DNA of 64,000 nucleotides from Candidatus Nomurabacteria bacterium GW2011_GWD2_36_14 (GTDB lineage: Bacteria; Patescibacteriota; Minisyncoccia; Phycocordibacterales; UBA9973), in the NCBI GenBank assembly GCA_000991405.1, contig LBRL01000001.1:3744-67743 (forward strand). The letters are read 5' to 3'. The position numbers and the translations under genes are program-made. Numbering within the stretch: the first letter of the stretch is position 1; the number at the start of each line of letters is the position of its first letter. Under the pieces are notes generated by a model. It was not told the origin of the DNA. It saw nothing but the letters and a program-made list of their open reading frames with translations, and did no database searches. This document shows, one piece after another, positions 28,299-38,870 of the stretch.

Positions 28299-31200
28299 AT
28301 GAAAATAATTGATACAACAAATTTCGACTCTATTACTTTGAAACTTGCCTCACCCGAGAGGATCAAGGAGTGGTCTTATGGTGAAGTTACAAAACCAGAA
28401 ACTATAAATTACAGAACAGGCCGTTCAGAAAGAAGTGGCTTATTCGACGAGAGAATTTTCGGACCAGAGAAGGATTATGAATGTTACTGTGGTAAATACC
28501 GAAGAATTCGTTACAAGGATATTATTTGTGAGAAATGTGGAGTGGAAGTTACTCGCTCTATAGTTCGTCGTGATCGTATGGGTCACATTGAGCTTGCAAG
28601 TCCTGTCTCACACATCTGGTTCCTACGTGGCGTGCCTTCTCGTATGTCTACTTTGCTCAACATTACAGTCTCAGACCTTGAGAAAGTTATTTACTTTGCT
28701 GGATACATTGTTATCAAAGTTTCAGCTGAAGAAAAGGAAACTATTTCCAAGAACCTAGAAAGTGAATTCAAATCCAAGATTAAAAGTGCCAACAACGAAG
28801 AAGAGAAGGAGAAGCTAAAGGAGTTGCTCTTAAATACCAAACGTGAAATAGCCGAGATAGTCCCCGGTAAAGTTTTGAATGAAATAGCGTATCATCACTT
28901 CGGTCTCAAGTATGGAAGTTGTTTTGAAGCAAGTATTGGAGCTGAAGCTATCTTTACTATTTTCAAGAATCTTGATTTAGAGAAGCTTAAGGCTGAGACT
29001 CTAGCCATGATTCCAAAAGCTTCAAGTATCGACAAGGAGAAGCTTGAGAAGAGAATGTCTCTTATCCGTTCAATGCTTCACTCTGGTATTCGTCCTGAAT
29101 GGATGTTCTTGACAGTCATTCCAGTTATTCCTCCAGCACTTCGCCCTATGGTTGCTCTAGATGGTGGACGTCACGCAACTTCAGATCTAAACGACCTATA
29201 TCGTCGTGTTATAAATAGAAACAATCGTCTAAAGAAATTAAAGGAAATTGGTGCCCCAGATGTAATCCTCCGAAATGAAAAAAGAATTCTACAAGAAGCA
29301 GTAGATGCCCTTATCGACAATTCCATTGCCAAACAAAATGATTCTCAGGCTGTCTCTGCTTCACAGAAGCGTGCACTTAAATCTTTGTCCGACAATCTTA
29401 AATCAAAGCAAGGTTTGTTCCGTCAGAATTTGCTTGGTAAGCGTGTAGACTACTCAGGACGTTCTGTTATCGTTGTGGGTCCTGGACTCAAGCTTAATCA
29501 ATGTGGACTTCCTAAGCATATGGCTCTTGAACTTTTCAAACCATTTGTAATTTCCAAAATTCTTGAGACAGAACTTGCCTTCAATATTCGTGGGGCAAAC
29601 CGCTTAATAGAAGAAGGTATCCCTGAAGTTTGGGCAATACTTGAAGAAGTGATTCGTGGTAAGTACGTACTCCTAAACCGTGCGCCTACGCTTCACAGAC
29701 TAGGTATTCAAGCTTTCAACCCTATTCTTATTGAAGGCCATGCTATCCAAGTGCATCCACTCGTTTGTGCTGGATTCAACGCTGACTTCGACGGAGACCA
29801 GATGGCTGTCTATGTACCTCTTTCCGATATGGCTCAAATGGAAGCACGTGAATACATGGCTTCCAATAAAAACTTATTAAAGCCTCAAGATGGTTCTCCT
29901 ATTATCTTACCGAAGATGGATATCGTTCTTGGTTGTTACTGGATGACGAAAACAGTTGATGGAGAAAAGGGTGAAGGCATGTATTTTGCAAGCCCCAACC
30001 AAGCTATTACAGCTTTCGATCTTGGTATTATTACTTTCCGTGCGAAAATTAAAGTTCTAGGTACAGATACTGCTAGATACGATAAATTTGAAGGAAAAGT
30101 TTTCGAAACAACAGTTGGAAGATTATTCTTCAATAGTATTTTCCCAAATGATTTTCCTTATCTAAATGAAGAAATTACAATTAAGAGAATGTCATTACTA
30201 GTTGACGAACTTATTGTTCACTATGGTATTGATGCAACTCCAAAAGTTCTAGATAAAATTAAAGATTTTGGATATCATTATGCGACCTACTCAGGGGTCA
30301 CTTGGGGTATTGATTCGGTGACTGTTCCTCCAAGCAAAAAAGAAATTGTGGCTAAATTCCACAAAGAAGAAGAAATTGTTCGCGAACAATTTGCAGAAGG
30401 TCTCCTTTCTGAAGATGAACAATACCAAAAAGTTATTGAAATATGGGAACACGCTAAAAAAGAAATTGAAAAATTAATTCCAACTATGCTTGATCCTAAT
30501 GGTTCGACTTATGACCTGATCACTTCCGGAGCTCGAGGAAGTATGGGATCAATGGTGCAGATGTGTGGAATGGTAGGGTTGATTGTAAATACTTCAGGAG
30601 CAACTCTCGACTTCCCAATTATTCCATCATATATCGAGGGTCTTTCACCGCTTGAATACTTCATTACGACTCATGGTTCTCGTAAGGGTGCTGCCGACAC
30701 CGCTTTGAACACAGCCAAGGCTGGTTATCTTACACGTCGTCTAGTAGACGTCGCTCAGGACGTTGTGGTGACTGAGGAAGACTGTGGTACAAAGAATGGC
30801 AAGAAGATCGTAGCGATTGGCAATGACTTTGCCAAGTACATTCATGGACGCGTATTGCTTGCAGATATAAAGGGTGCTGACGGAGCTGTCATATTTAAGA
30901 AGGGAACTCTCATTATGAAAGAAGATGCAAGACTCTTAGAGAAGATGGGTATAAAGGAAGCTCTAGTTCGTACACCGCTTTCTTGTGAGACGACTCACGG
31001 CATCTGTCGTATTTGTTATGGTCTAGATCTAGGGCGTAACATCATGGTAGAGCTTGGACAAGCAGTAGGTATTATCGCCGCTCAAGCTATTGGTGAGCCT
31101 GGAACACAGCTTACTCTTCGTACTTTCCACGCTGGAGGAGTTGCGACTGTCGATATTACTACAGGTCTTCCTCGTGTTGAAGAAATTTTTGAAAGACGTA

Positions 31201-31922
31201 TTCCGAAGAATCCAGCAATTATTTCTCAGACAGATGGAGAAGTGCTAGAAATTACAGACAACGGTAAGGAGAAGACTATTAAAGTTCTATCAGATACCAA
31301 GGCCGATGGTAAAAAGAATGAAATGGAGTATACAGTTGCCTTCCGTCGTCAGCCGTTAGTCAAAGCAGGTGCTCACATCAAGAAAGGTGAGTTACTTACA
31401 GACGGATCTGCCGATATCAATGAAATAGTGAAGTATGGAGGCAAGGAAGTTGCCGAAGAGTACATCGTAGATGAGATAAACAAAGTTTATGATCTGCAGA
31501 GTGCTTCTATTTCCAGAAAGCATATTGAGATCATCATTCGCCAAATGTTCTCACGTAAGAAGATTAAAGATGCAGGTGATACTACCTTCTCACCAGGAGA
31601 GATAGTTGAAACTATTGAACTTATAGAAGAGAATAACCGTCTAGAAGAAGAGGGTGGAGGCACTCCAGCTACTGCCGGAACTATCGTTCTAGGTATTACT
31701 GAAGTTTCTCTTACTACCAAGAGTTGGCTCTCAGCTGCTTCATTCCAAAATACAAACAGAGTCCTTATCAACAATGCCATCCGTGGCGGAGTAGACAATC
31801 TACGTGGGCTTAAGGAGAACGTCATCATCGGTAATCTTATCCCAGCAGGTACAGGCTTCGGTGTAAAACGTGCAAGTAAAGCCGAAAAAGAAGAAGTGAA
31901 TGAAGAAGAAAGTGTTGCTTAA
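28299..31922 (+). CDS. rpoC: RNA polymerase subunit beta'
   Basis: [24 protein letters not shown], zinc-binding Cys motifs. Confidence 0.99.
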   Translation: MKIIDTTNFDSITLKLASPERIKEWSYGEVTKPETINYRTGRSERSGLFDERIFGPEKDYECYCGKYRRIRYKDIICEKCGVEVTRSIVRRDRMGHIELASPVSHIWFLRGVPSRMSTLLNITVSDLEKVIYFAGYIVIKVSAEEKETISKNLESEFKSKIKSANNEEEKEKLKELLLNTKREIAEIVPGKVLNEIAYHHFGLKYGSCFEASIGAEAIFTIFKNLDLEKLKAETLAMIPKASSIDKEKLEKRMSLIRSMLHSGIRPEWMFLTVIPVIPPALRPMVALDGGRHATSDLNDLYRRVINRNNRLKKLKEIGAPDVILRNEKRILQEAVDALIDNSIAKQNDSQAVSASQKRALKSLSDNLKSKQGLFRQNLLGKRVDYSGRSVIVVGPGLKLNQCGLPKHMALELFKPFVISKILETELAFNIRGANRLIEEGIPEVWAILEEVIRGKYVLLNRAPTLHRLGIQAFNPILIEGHAIQVHPLVCAGFNADFDGDQMAVYVPLSDMAQMEAREYMASNKNLLKPQDGSPIILPKMDIVLGCYWMTKTVDGEKGEGMYFASPNQAITAFDLGIITFRAKIKVLGTDTARYDKFEGKVFETTVGRLFFNSIFPNDFPYLNEEITIKRMSLLVDELIVHYGIDATPKVLDKIKDFGYHYATYSGVTWGIDSVTVPPSKKEIVAKFHKEEEIVREQFAEGLLSEDEQYQKVIEIWEHAKKEIEKLIPTMLDPNGSTYDLITSGARGSMGSMVQMCGMVGLIVNTSGATLDFPIIPSYIEGLSPLEYFITTHGSRKGAADTALNTAKAGYLTRRLVDVAQDVVVTEEDCGTKNGKKIVAIGNDFAKYIHGRVLLADIKGADGAVIFKKGTLIMKEDARLLEKMGIKEALVRTPLSCETTHGICRICYGLDLGRNIMVELGQAVGIIAAQAIGEPGTQLTLRTFHAGGVATVDITTGLPRVEEIFERRIPKNPAIISQTDGEVLEITDNGKEKTIKVLSDTKADGKKNEMEYTVAFRRQPLVKAGAHIKKGELLTDGSADINEIVKYGGKEVAEEYIVDEINKVYDLQSASISRKHIEIIIRQMFSRKKIKDAGDTTFSPGEIVETIELIEENNRLEEEGGGTPATAGTIVLGITEVSLTTKSWLSAASFQNTNRVLINNAIRGGVDNLRGLKENVIIGNLIPAGTGFGVKRASKAEKEEVNEEESVA

Positions 31923-31930
31923 TAAATAAT

Positions 31931-31959
31931 GCCAGTCCGAAGCTTCGCTTCGGACTGGC
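31931..31959. repeat. Perfect 13-bp GC-rich hairpin with no adjacent U-tract (REP-like or terminator)
   Basis: gccagtccgaagc-ttc-gcttcggactggc. Confidence 0.7.
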
Positions 31960-31984
31960 TGGGCTCTAATTTTTACAAGCAAAT

Positions 31985-33745
31985 ATGTCATCATCTGTTG
32001 AGAAAATCAAAGAAAGGCTTTCCATTGTTGATGTTATTTCTTCGTACATGCAAGTAGAACAGTCTGGTAAGAATTTTAAAGCGAAGTGCCCATTTCACAA
32101 TGAGAAGACACCTTCCTTTTTCATATCTGCCGACAGGGGGACTTACTATTGTTTTGGTTGCGGAGAGAAGGGCGACATATTCTCTTTTGTTCAGAAGTTT
32201 GAAGGTACTGACTTTATGGGAGCGCTCAAGCTCTTGGCGGAACGTGCCGGAGTGACTCTTGAGGCAAGGCCTAAAGATTCTAATGACAAAGAGAAGAAAG
32301 AACTTTATTATGAAATTCTAGAAGAAGCTACCAAGTTCTTCGAAAGTAATTTTGATAAAGAGCCAAAAGCTCGTGCATATCTTGTAAGTAGAGGTCTGAC
32401 AGATAATAGTATTAAAGATTTCAGAATTGGATATGTGAAAGATGAATGGAGATCTCTTTCTGACTATTTAATAGTCAAGGGTTATAAAATACAAGATTTG
32501 GAAATTGTTGGCTTAGTGAAGAAGTCTGAGAAAGGCACATATGACAGATTTCGTTCACGCATAATGTTTCCTATAAGTGATTCAAGCGGTAGAGTTATAG
32601 CTTTCTCTGGAAGAATTTTTAATAAAGATGATAAGGAAGAGGCCAAGTATTTAAATAGTCCTGATACTCCACTTTTCAATAAATCCAATGTATTATTCGG
32701 TATAGATAAGGCCAAGCTAGCCATAAGGAAGAGGGGTTATAGTATCGTAGTTGAAGGGCAGATGGATCTAATACTTTCTCATCAAGCAGACTTTACCAAT
32801 ACTGTGGCTGTGTCAGGCACGGCCTTTACAGACAGCACTGTAGATCAAGAATCCAAGATAAATAATCTAGGACTCATTCGTAGACTCTCTCCCAATATTA
32901 TTTTTGCTTATGACGGGGACTCTGCTGGTATCAGGGCCGCTAGTCGTTCAGCTATGATAGCCCTATCACTCGATATGCAAGTAAAAATAGCCAAATTGCC
33001 AGAGGGCAAGGATCCAGCAGATATTATAAAAGAGAACCCCGATGAATGGAAAGAAATTATTAAGAATTCTACAGATATTATTACTTTCCATGTAGATAGA
33101 ATTTGCAAGAATACCAACGACATAAGGCAAAGAGGTAAGCTTATCCGAGATGTTATATTTCCATTTTTAGTTATAATTAAGAGCTCTATAGACAAGTCTT
33201 CTTATATTTCTATTATCAATTCCAAGACGGGGATTCCTATAGACGCAATCATGGATGATTTCAAGTCTTATGAGAAGAATCATATAGTAGAGAGTAATAC
33301 AAAATTAGAGAAGAATATGCCAACCGGTAAGGATGAGTTTATTCCAAGGAGAGATAGCTTAGAGAAAAGGTTGTTTGGAATTATTTTCCTTCAAGATAAG
33401 AATGATATCGGAGTAGATAAGGAAAAGACCTTTTTATTACTCAAGGAAAAGATTGGAGAAGAAGAATTTAATAAAATATATGAAGCTCATTTGCCATTTG
33501 GAGACCTTCTTGCACAAGATATCGAAAGGTTGTATGGTAGTAATATTGAAGATATGAGTCGTCATTTAGATGAGTTGATTCTCAATCTAGAAGGGGAAAT
33601 ACTAGGAGAACGTTTGTATTTATTAAGAGACAAGATTAATCAACAGTCAAGTTCAAATGAAGACTTTGACCCAGGGCCTATACTTAAGGATATTCAAAAG
33701 ATAGGTGAACGTTTAGAAATAATTAAAAGTAATAGATCACAATAA
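31985..33745 (+). CDS. dnaG: DNA primase
   Basis: [38 protein letters not shown]. Confidence 0.97.
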   Translation: MSSSVEKIKERLSIVDVISSYMQVEQSGKNFKAKCPFHNEKTPSFFISADRGTYYCFGCGEKGDIFSFVQKFEGTDFMGALKLLAERAGVTLEARPKDSNDKEKKELYYEILEEATKFFESNFDKEPKARAYLVSRGLTDNSIKDFRIGYVKDEWRSLSDYLIVKGYKIQDLEIVGLVKKSEKGTYDRFRSRIMFPISDSSGRVIAFSGRIFNKDDKEEAKYLNSPDTPLFNKSNVLFGIDKAKLAIRKRGYSIVVEGQMDLILSHQADFTNTVAVSGTAFTDSTVDQESKINNLGLIRRLSPNIIFAYDGDSAGIRAASRSAMIALSLDMQVKIAKLPEGKDPADIIKENPDEWKEIIKNSTDIITFHVDRICKNTNDIRQRGKLIRDVIFPFLVIIKSSIDKSSYISIINSKTGIPIDAIMDDFKSYEKNHIVESNTKLEKNMPTGKDEFIPRRDSLEKRLFGIIFLQDKNDIGVDKEKTFLLLKEKIGEEEFNKIYEAHLPFGDLLAQDIERLYGSNIEDMSRHLDELILNLEGEILGERLYLLRDKINQQSSSNEDFDPGPILKDIQKIGERLEIIKSNRSQ

Positions 33746-33749
33746 CATT

Positions 33750-35114
33750 ATGGCAAAAAAGATAAAACAGAAAAATAAAAAGATAGTTCCTAAAAAAAAG
33801 ATCCTAGCTAAAAAAGTCATAAAGAAAGCTCCTACTAAAAAGTCTTCCAAGACAAAGAAAGTTACAAAAAAAGTAGCAAAGAAAACAGCTAAAAAAACTG
33901 TTGTCAAAAAAGTCGTCAAGAAAGCCTCCTCTGCTAAAGCTAAGGCGAGCCGAAGTAAAAAGGCTATAAAAAAAGTTTCCAAGGGAAGTAAGCCTAAGGT
34001 AAAAGTTATTTCTGCTTCTAAGAAGGAGCAACTAGAAAACAAGCAAAAGGATCATGAAAAGAGGTCTTTAGAAATGATAGAGAAAGGCAAGAAGAGAGGC
34101 TTCGTCACTTACGATGAGATTATCAAGGAATTCCCCGATATAGAGACCGATATTCTTTTCTTAGATGAACTTTATGAGCGTTTTGCCGTAGCAGGGATTG
34201 ATGTACTTGAGGGAGGCAATTTACTTGATACAACGGGTGATGTAGAGAAGCTAGCTCTCAAGTATAGTAAAGATGCCAAGACTTACGACTCTATACAGAT
34301 GTATTTGAAAGAGATAGGCCAGTATCCTTTGATAGCAGCCAACGAAGAAAGAGAGCTTGCTAAAAGGATAGAGAAAGGGGACATAGAAGCCAAGAATCTA
34401 CTCGCTCGTGCGAACCTTCGTCTTGTTGTGTCTATTGCCAAGAAGTATGTGGGCAGAAGCTCTGACCTTACCTTGCTTGATTTGATTCAAGAGGGTAATC
34501 TTGGACTCTTTAAGGCTGTTGAGAAGTTTGACTGGACAAAGGGCTACAAATTCTCCACTTATGCTACATGGTGGATTCGTCAGTCTATTACTCGTGCACT
34601 TGCTGATCAGTCGCGTACTATCCGTATTCCGGTTCACATGGTAGAGACTATTTCGAAGTATAAGCAGGTTGTCAGACGCTTGTCTCAAGATCTTGGACGC
34701 GAGCCTTTAGTTGAAGAGATAGCAACCGAAATGAACTTAGAAGTAGAGAAGATTCATATTATAGAACAGATCAATCAAGAGACAGTTTCTTTAGAACAAC
34801 CAATAGGGGATGATGATGAGAAGTCCACACGTGGTGAGTTCATTCCAGACGACAAGATTCTTCGCCCCGACCAAGATTCTTCCAGAAGAATTCTCTCCGA
34901 TCAGATAAGAGAAGTACTTGAGACTTTGAGTCCCAAAGAGAGGAAGATCCTTGAACTTCGTTATGGCCTTATGGATGGGGTACAGCACACCCTAGAAGAA
35001 GTAGGCCAAGAGTTCGGTGTTACTCGTGAGCGTATTCGTCAGATTGAAGCCAAGGTCCACGAGAAGCTTCGCAACAATGAAAAGATTGCAAGACTAAAAA
35101 ATTATTTTGATTAA
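33750..35114 (+). CDS. rpoD: Primary sigma factor RpoD with a Lys-rich N-terminal extension
   Basis: [54 protein letters not shown]. Confidence 0.97.
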   Translation: MAKKIKQKNKKIVPKKKILAKKVIKKAPTKKSSKTKKVTKKVAKKTAKKTVVKKVVKKASSAKAKASRSKKAIKKVSKGSKPKVKVISASKKEQLENKQKDHEKRSLEMIEKGKKRGFVTYDEIIKEFPDIETDILFLDELYERFAVAGIDVLEGGNLLDTTGDVEKLALKYSKDAKTYDSIQMYLKEIGQYPLIAANEERELAKRIEKGDIEAKNLLARANLRLVVSIAKKYVGRSSDLTLLDLIQEGNLGLFKAVEKFDWTKGYKFSTYATWWIRQSITRALADQSRTIRIPVHMVETISKYKQVVRRLSQDLGREPLVEEIATEMNLEVEKIHIIEQINQETVSLEQPIGDDDEKSTRGEFIPDDKILRPDQDSSRRILSDQIREVLETLSPKERKILELRYGLMDGVQHTLEEVGQEFGVTRERIRQIEAKVHEKLRNNEKIARLKNYFD

Positions 35115-35121
35115 TTAAAAC

Positions 35122-35162
35122 AAAACAATCTCCCCTAGGCAAGGCCCAGGGGAGATTGTTTT
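35122..35162. terminator. Bidirectional terminator whose apex resembles the RAYT-flanking REP
   Basis: aaaacaatctcccct...aggggagattgtttt; apex CTAGGCAAGGCCCAG vs REP CTAGGCAAGACCTAG. Confidence 0.75.
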
Positions 35163-35193
35163 TGATGTATTAAATTCTTAATTCCTAACTGTC

Positions 35194-35937
35194 TTATAGA
35201 TTATCTGTTGCTGTTGTATCTTCTTCTGTCTTCATTAATCCAAATACAAGATCAACATATTTCCAGAAAGCATCATTGCCCTTAAGCTTAGCTACACATT
35301 CAGCAGCTCCGGCCTTTGGCAGTGCTCCAGGATGTACTACCCAGTGACGATAAACCCAAGCAATTTCTCCATTTGAGTTAGCCACAAGTTCTTTCATTGT
35401 TCCACTGAATCTTTTACAGTAAGGACATTCGAGATCTGAATATTCTACTATGACGATAGGAGCATCTGGGTTACCTATGATATGATCTTCTGCTGTTACA
35501 GGTGCTAGGTCTCCCGTATATGGTGTTGTTACTTTGCCAGCCTTAACCTCGTCTATTAATTTTTGAACATCGGCTATTGGGTAGGCTCCACGTATTTCAG
35601 CTTTTGATCCATTTTTCCCAACGATGACACTGTATGGAGTTCCTCTTTGATCTGCCGGAATTCCTTTCATAGAATTTTCTGCTACAGTATTTGTCGCTAG
35701 TCTCAATGCATTTAGATCTGTATCTTTCATACACTGTGTGAACTTTGCCTTGTTTACTCCTACTTGTTCTGATAAGGTTTTTTCTTTACTTGAACCGCCC
35801 AATTTACCCCCTCCATTAGTTATTAAAATTGCTATCATTATAAGTACTCCTGCAACTATAATCGCTGTAGGTGTATTAATTTGTCTCCCTTCGGAAGATT
35901 TTTCGGAAGGAATGTTTTTTGTTTCTTCATTTTCCAT
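35194..35937 (-). CDS. DsbA-family disulfide oxidoreductase, apparently circularly permuted
   Basis: EYSDLECPYC; GTP cis-Pro loop and GAYP segment lie N-terminal to the CxxC; N-terminal TM helix. Confidence 0.85.
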   Translation of the reverse strand: MENEETKNIPSEKSSEGRQINTPTAIIVAGVLIMIAILITNGGGKLGGSSKEKTLSEQVGVNKAKFTQCMKDTDLNALRLATNTVAENSMKGIPADQRGTPYSVIVGKNGSKAEIRGAYPIADVQKLIDEVKAGKVTTPYTGDLAPVTAEDHIIGNPDAPIVIVEYSDLECPYCKRFSGTMKELVANSNGEIAWVYRHWVVHPGALPKAGAAECVAKLKGNDAFWKYVDLVFGLMKTEEDTTATDNL

Positions 35938-36024
35938 GTCATGATTATAGCATAAATTTATATAAAACAACTGAAATTTAGACATTGAAAAAGAGGTTGA
36001 ATTATGATATAATGCTCATTAGTT

Positions 36025-37296
36025 ATGGAGGGGATATATACTATCATTTTCTATGTTTTTTCATTCATTTCTGTATATGTACAGATCTTTTTTTTGGTAA
36101 CATTTTTAGACAAACGCCGTAATATAGCTTGGAGTCCTAAAAATATAGAACTATCTCATTATCCCACAGTAACTATCGCTGTACCTTGTTACAACGAGCA
36201 ATCCACAATTCATAAAACCATAGAATCACTTCTTGCCCTTGATTACCCAAAAGATAAATTAACTATATTGATAGTTGATGATGGCAGTAAAGATGACACT
36301 TGGAAAATTATTCAAGGTTTTGATAATGGAACTAGCGTTAGGGCTTTTCATAAAGAAAATGGTGGTAAGCACACAGCCGTTAATTTTGCCTTAGAAAAAA
36401 GTACAGGAGAATTCTTTGGATGTCTTGATGCAGATTCTTTTGTTCATAATCAGGCTCTGAAGAGAATAATGAGATATTTTGAAAATGATCCAAGAAATAT
36501 GGCAGTAATTCCTTCTGTTCTTAGTCACAATCCAAAGAACATAATTCAAAATGCTCAAAAGGTTGAATATGACATGGGTGTTTATATTAAAAAAATGTTA
36601 GGACTAATTGGAGGTATTCAGGTTACACCAGGACCTCTCTCAACTTTTAGAAAAAAAGTTTTTGATGAATTAGGTCCATATAGAAAAGCTCACAATACTG
36701 AAGATCAAGAGATCGCTTTAAGAATGCAGGAACATGGATATAAAATAGATTATTGTCCAGATGCCTATGTTTATACAAATACTCCTGATTCAGTAATGAA
36801 GCTTTATAGGCAACGTTTACGCTGGATTTACGGGTTCATAAAGAACCTAGTAGATTACCGTCATTTATTGTTTAGGAAGAAATATGGGACTGTTGCCTTG
36901 TTTACACTACCTACGGGTATGGTATCTGTTTTTGGAATTATCTTTGTTTTCTTTACTGTTGTTTATAACGTTATAAATCTAATTTATAATAAAATTGTAC
37001 AAATTCACGTTATAGGATTTCATAACTTTTTCCAGATAGGTTACAAGTTTGACTGGTTCTTTATTAATACAAAAGCCATGTTGTTTTTATCAATCTTTTT
37101 GTATATACTTGTCATTGTATCTGTATTGATAGGGAGAAAAATGTCCACGGGAAAGGCTAATTTTTCTGTTTCAATAATTTATTTTAGTATTATTTATAGC
37201 ATGATAGCGCCGTTTTGGATGTTGAGAGCAATCTATAACTCAATTTTCTCAAAGGAGTCAAGTTGGACATTTGAGCGTCGCGTCACAAACAATTAA
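36025..37296 (+). CDS. GT2 processive glycosyltransferase (PgaC/IcaA/cellulose synthase-like)
   Basis: VPCYNE, DDGSKD, GGKH, LDADS, TED, QRLRW; several TM helices. Confidence 0.92.
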   Translation: MEGIYTIIFYVFSFISVYVQIFFLVTFLDKRRNIAWSPKNIELSHYPTVTIAVPCYNEQSTIHKTIESLLALDYPKDKLTILIVDDGSKDDTWKIIQGFDNGTSVRAFHKENGGKHTAVNFALEKSTGEFFGCLDADSFVHNQALKRIMRYFENDPRNMAVIPSVLSHNPKNIIQNAQKVEYDMGVYIKKMLGLIGGIQVTPGPLSTFRKKVFDELGPYRKAHNTEDQEIALRMQEHGYKIDYCPDAYVYTNTPDSVMKLYRQRLRWIYGFIKNLVDYRHLLFRKKYGTVALFTLPTGMVSVFGIIFVFFTVVYNVINLIYNKIVQIHVIGFHNFFQIGYKFDWFFINTKAMLFLSIFLYILVIVSVLIGRKMSTGKANFSVSIIYFSIIYSMIAPFWMLRAIYNSIFSKESSWTFERRVTNN

Positions 37297-37298
37297 TT

Positions 37299-38048
37299 AT
37301 GCATCAACACGAACCAAATGATTGGAAGAAATATGTGATAGTTTTGTTTATAACAACAACTATATTTATCACAGGACTATGGCTTTCGAATTATTTTAAT
37401 AACAAAAAAATAGATCAGCTTAAAAGCATAGAAGATAAAATTTCTTTAGATTTAATGTCCTCTGAAACACAATTTTCTCTCCTTCAAGAATTGTCTTGCA
37501 AAGATGTTTCAACAACAGTCTTGTCTTCTGAATTAAATTCTTTAGCTGAAAAAATTTCTTATAGTGAAAGTAATATGGGGAGTACTGACGATAATGTTAT
37601 TTCTTTGAAAAAATATTACTCTCTACTTGAGATAAAAGATTATTTATTAATGAAGAAGATTACTGAACGTTGTGGTCAGAAATCAATATTTGTCTTATAT
37701 TTCTACAAAAATGAAAAGTGTGATGATTGTACCAAGCAGGGCTATGTACTAACTTCACTTCGTGAAAAATATCCAAATCTTCGTGTTTATTCATTTGACT
37801 ATAATTTGGATCTTTCGGCTATCAGAGCCATGACTTCTATTTATAAAGTTCCAGATGATTTACCAGCTGTCGTCATAAATGGTAAGGTATATAGTGGTTT
37901 TAAAACGGTGGAAGAGATAGAGAAAACTTTTCCAGAGCTTGAGAGTATCAAGAAGTCAGAGGAAGTGGTTAAGCCTAAAACCTCAACAAAAGCAAAGGTT
38001 ACTGCTCCTATAACAACTTCAACAGTTGAGACAGTTAAGACGAATTAG
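37299..38048 (+). CDS. Membrane-anchored protein with a thioredoxin-like CxxC domain
   Basis: N-terminal TM helix; LYFYKNEKCDDC, LPAVVINGKVYSG. Confidence 0.7.
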   Translation: MHQHEPNDWKKYVIVLFITTTIFITGLWLSNYFNNKKIDQLKSIEDKISLDLMSSETQFSLLQELSCKDVSTTVLSSELNSLAEKISYSESNMGSTDDNVISLKKYYSLLEIKDYLLMKKITERCGQKSIFVLYFYKNEKCDDCTKQGYVLTSLREKYPNLRVYSFDYNLDLSAIRAMTSIYKVPDDLPAVVINGKVYSGFKTVEEIEKTFPELESIKKSEEVVKPKTSTKAKVTAPITTSTVETVKTN

Positions 38049-38168
38049 TACTGAACCGGCATACGAGGAATCGTCACACATAATTTCTTGCAAACATAAT
38101 AGGGCCGGCAGACGAGGAATCGTCAGGCATAATTTTCTGGTGAAAATTTGCACGACCCTCATTCAGTA
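38049..38168. repeat. ~120-bp element with 7-bp terminal IR and two 31-bp direct repeats
   Basis: TACTGAA...TTCAGTA; 38056-38086 vs 38105-38135 match at 28/31. Confidence 0.7.
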
Positions 38169-38223
38169 GAATGACTTACGTGTGCCTCCCGCCTTGTCTC
38201 ACGACACGATTTACTAATCGGTG

Positions 38224-38247
38224 GTCCGGCTTTCGAATCCTCGTGCC
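38224..38247 (+). repeat. Inverted copy of the tRNA-Thr T-arm/acceptor 3' segment
   Basis: GTCCGGctTTCGAATCCTCGTGCC matches the tRNA at 22/24, on the opposite strand. Confidence 0.85.
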
Positions 38248-38251
38248 TAAT

Positions 38252-38279
38252 AAAAAAATACCCAAAAGGGTATTTTTTT
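38252..38279 (-). terminator. Terminator after tRNA-Thr
   Basis: aaaaaaataccc-aaaa-gggtattttttt. Confidence 0.75.
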
Positions 38280-38283
38280 CTAG

Positions 38284-38356
38284 AGCCGGCACGAGGATTC
38301 GAACCCCGGACATCCACTTTACAAAAGTGGCGCTCTACCAACTGAGCTATGCCGGC
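38284..38356 (-). tRNA. tRNA-Thr(UGU)
   Basis: Cloverleaf GCCGGCA/TGCCGGC, anticodon arm CCACT-TTTGTAA-AGTGG, GGTTCGAATCC; CCA not encoded. Confidence 0.95.
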
Positions 38357-38403
38357 TAAACATTTTAATAAAAACAAATTTCTTACTCAACTATACTAGC
38401 ATA

Positions 38404-38868
38404 TTATAGGATTTTATCAACTTCATTTGTTTCTTCACTGACTGGGGTTTCTACTGGTGTTTCTATTTTGTCTTCATGCTCCTTTTTAATCTTATCCTTA
38501 ACTTTCTTTATTTTTATTTTTGATTCAATCACGGCTCTTTGTATAAAGGAAATTTTCCTAGAGTCGGTTCCGTTTGTTTCTTTCCTAAAGAAGTTGTGTA
38601 TTTTAGGAAGTTTATTCTGGAACCAGATTTTTGTTTTTGTAGCAATCAGGTACCATACTTTCACAATAAACAAGACTACAGACTGAATTACATGCTTAGC
38701 CAAGAATAGGAATATCTTTTCAAAATATTTAAAGGATAGTTGTGGTTTAAATATTTCTGTATTCTCGTCAATTACCACTCTCTTTGTTCGAAGTTTCCAA
38801 TCACGAACTAGTAGCATTCCAAATGCGCTAATTATTGCTATGAAGAAAATGATAATAGTTAAAATCAT
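38404..38868 (-). CDS. Hypothetical membrane protein
   Basis: 154-aa ORF just downstream of tsf; hydrophobic N-terminus. Confidence 0.7.
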   Translation of the reverse strand: MILTIIIFFIAIISAFGMLLVRDWKLRTKRVVIDENTEIFKPQLSFKYFEKIFLFLAKHVIQSVVLFIVKVWYLIATKTKIWFQNKLPKIHNFFRKETNGTDSRKISFIQRAVIESKIKIKKVKDKIKKEHEDKIETPVETPVSEETNEVDKIL

Positions 38869-38870
38869 AA

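Noticed and set aside
38056-38135. Mini CRISPR array
   Set aside because: Two imperfect repeats with an 18-nt gap and no cas genes.
38159-38377. ORFs overlapping tRNA genes (also 38171-38359, 49187-49501, 49580-49852, 57632-57991, 57761-58018)
   Set aside because: These are spurious frames across tRNAs and repeats.
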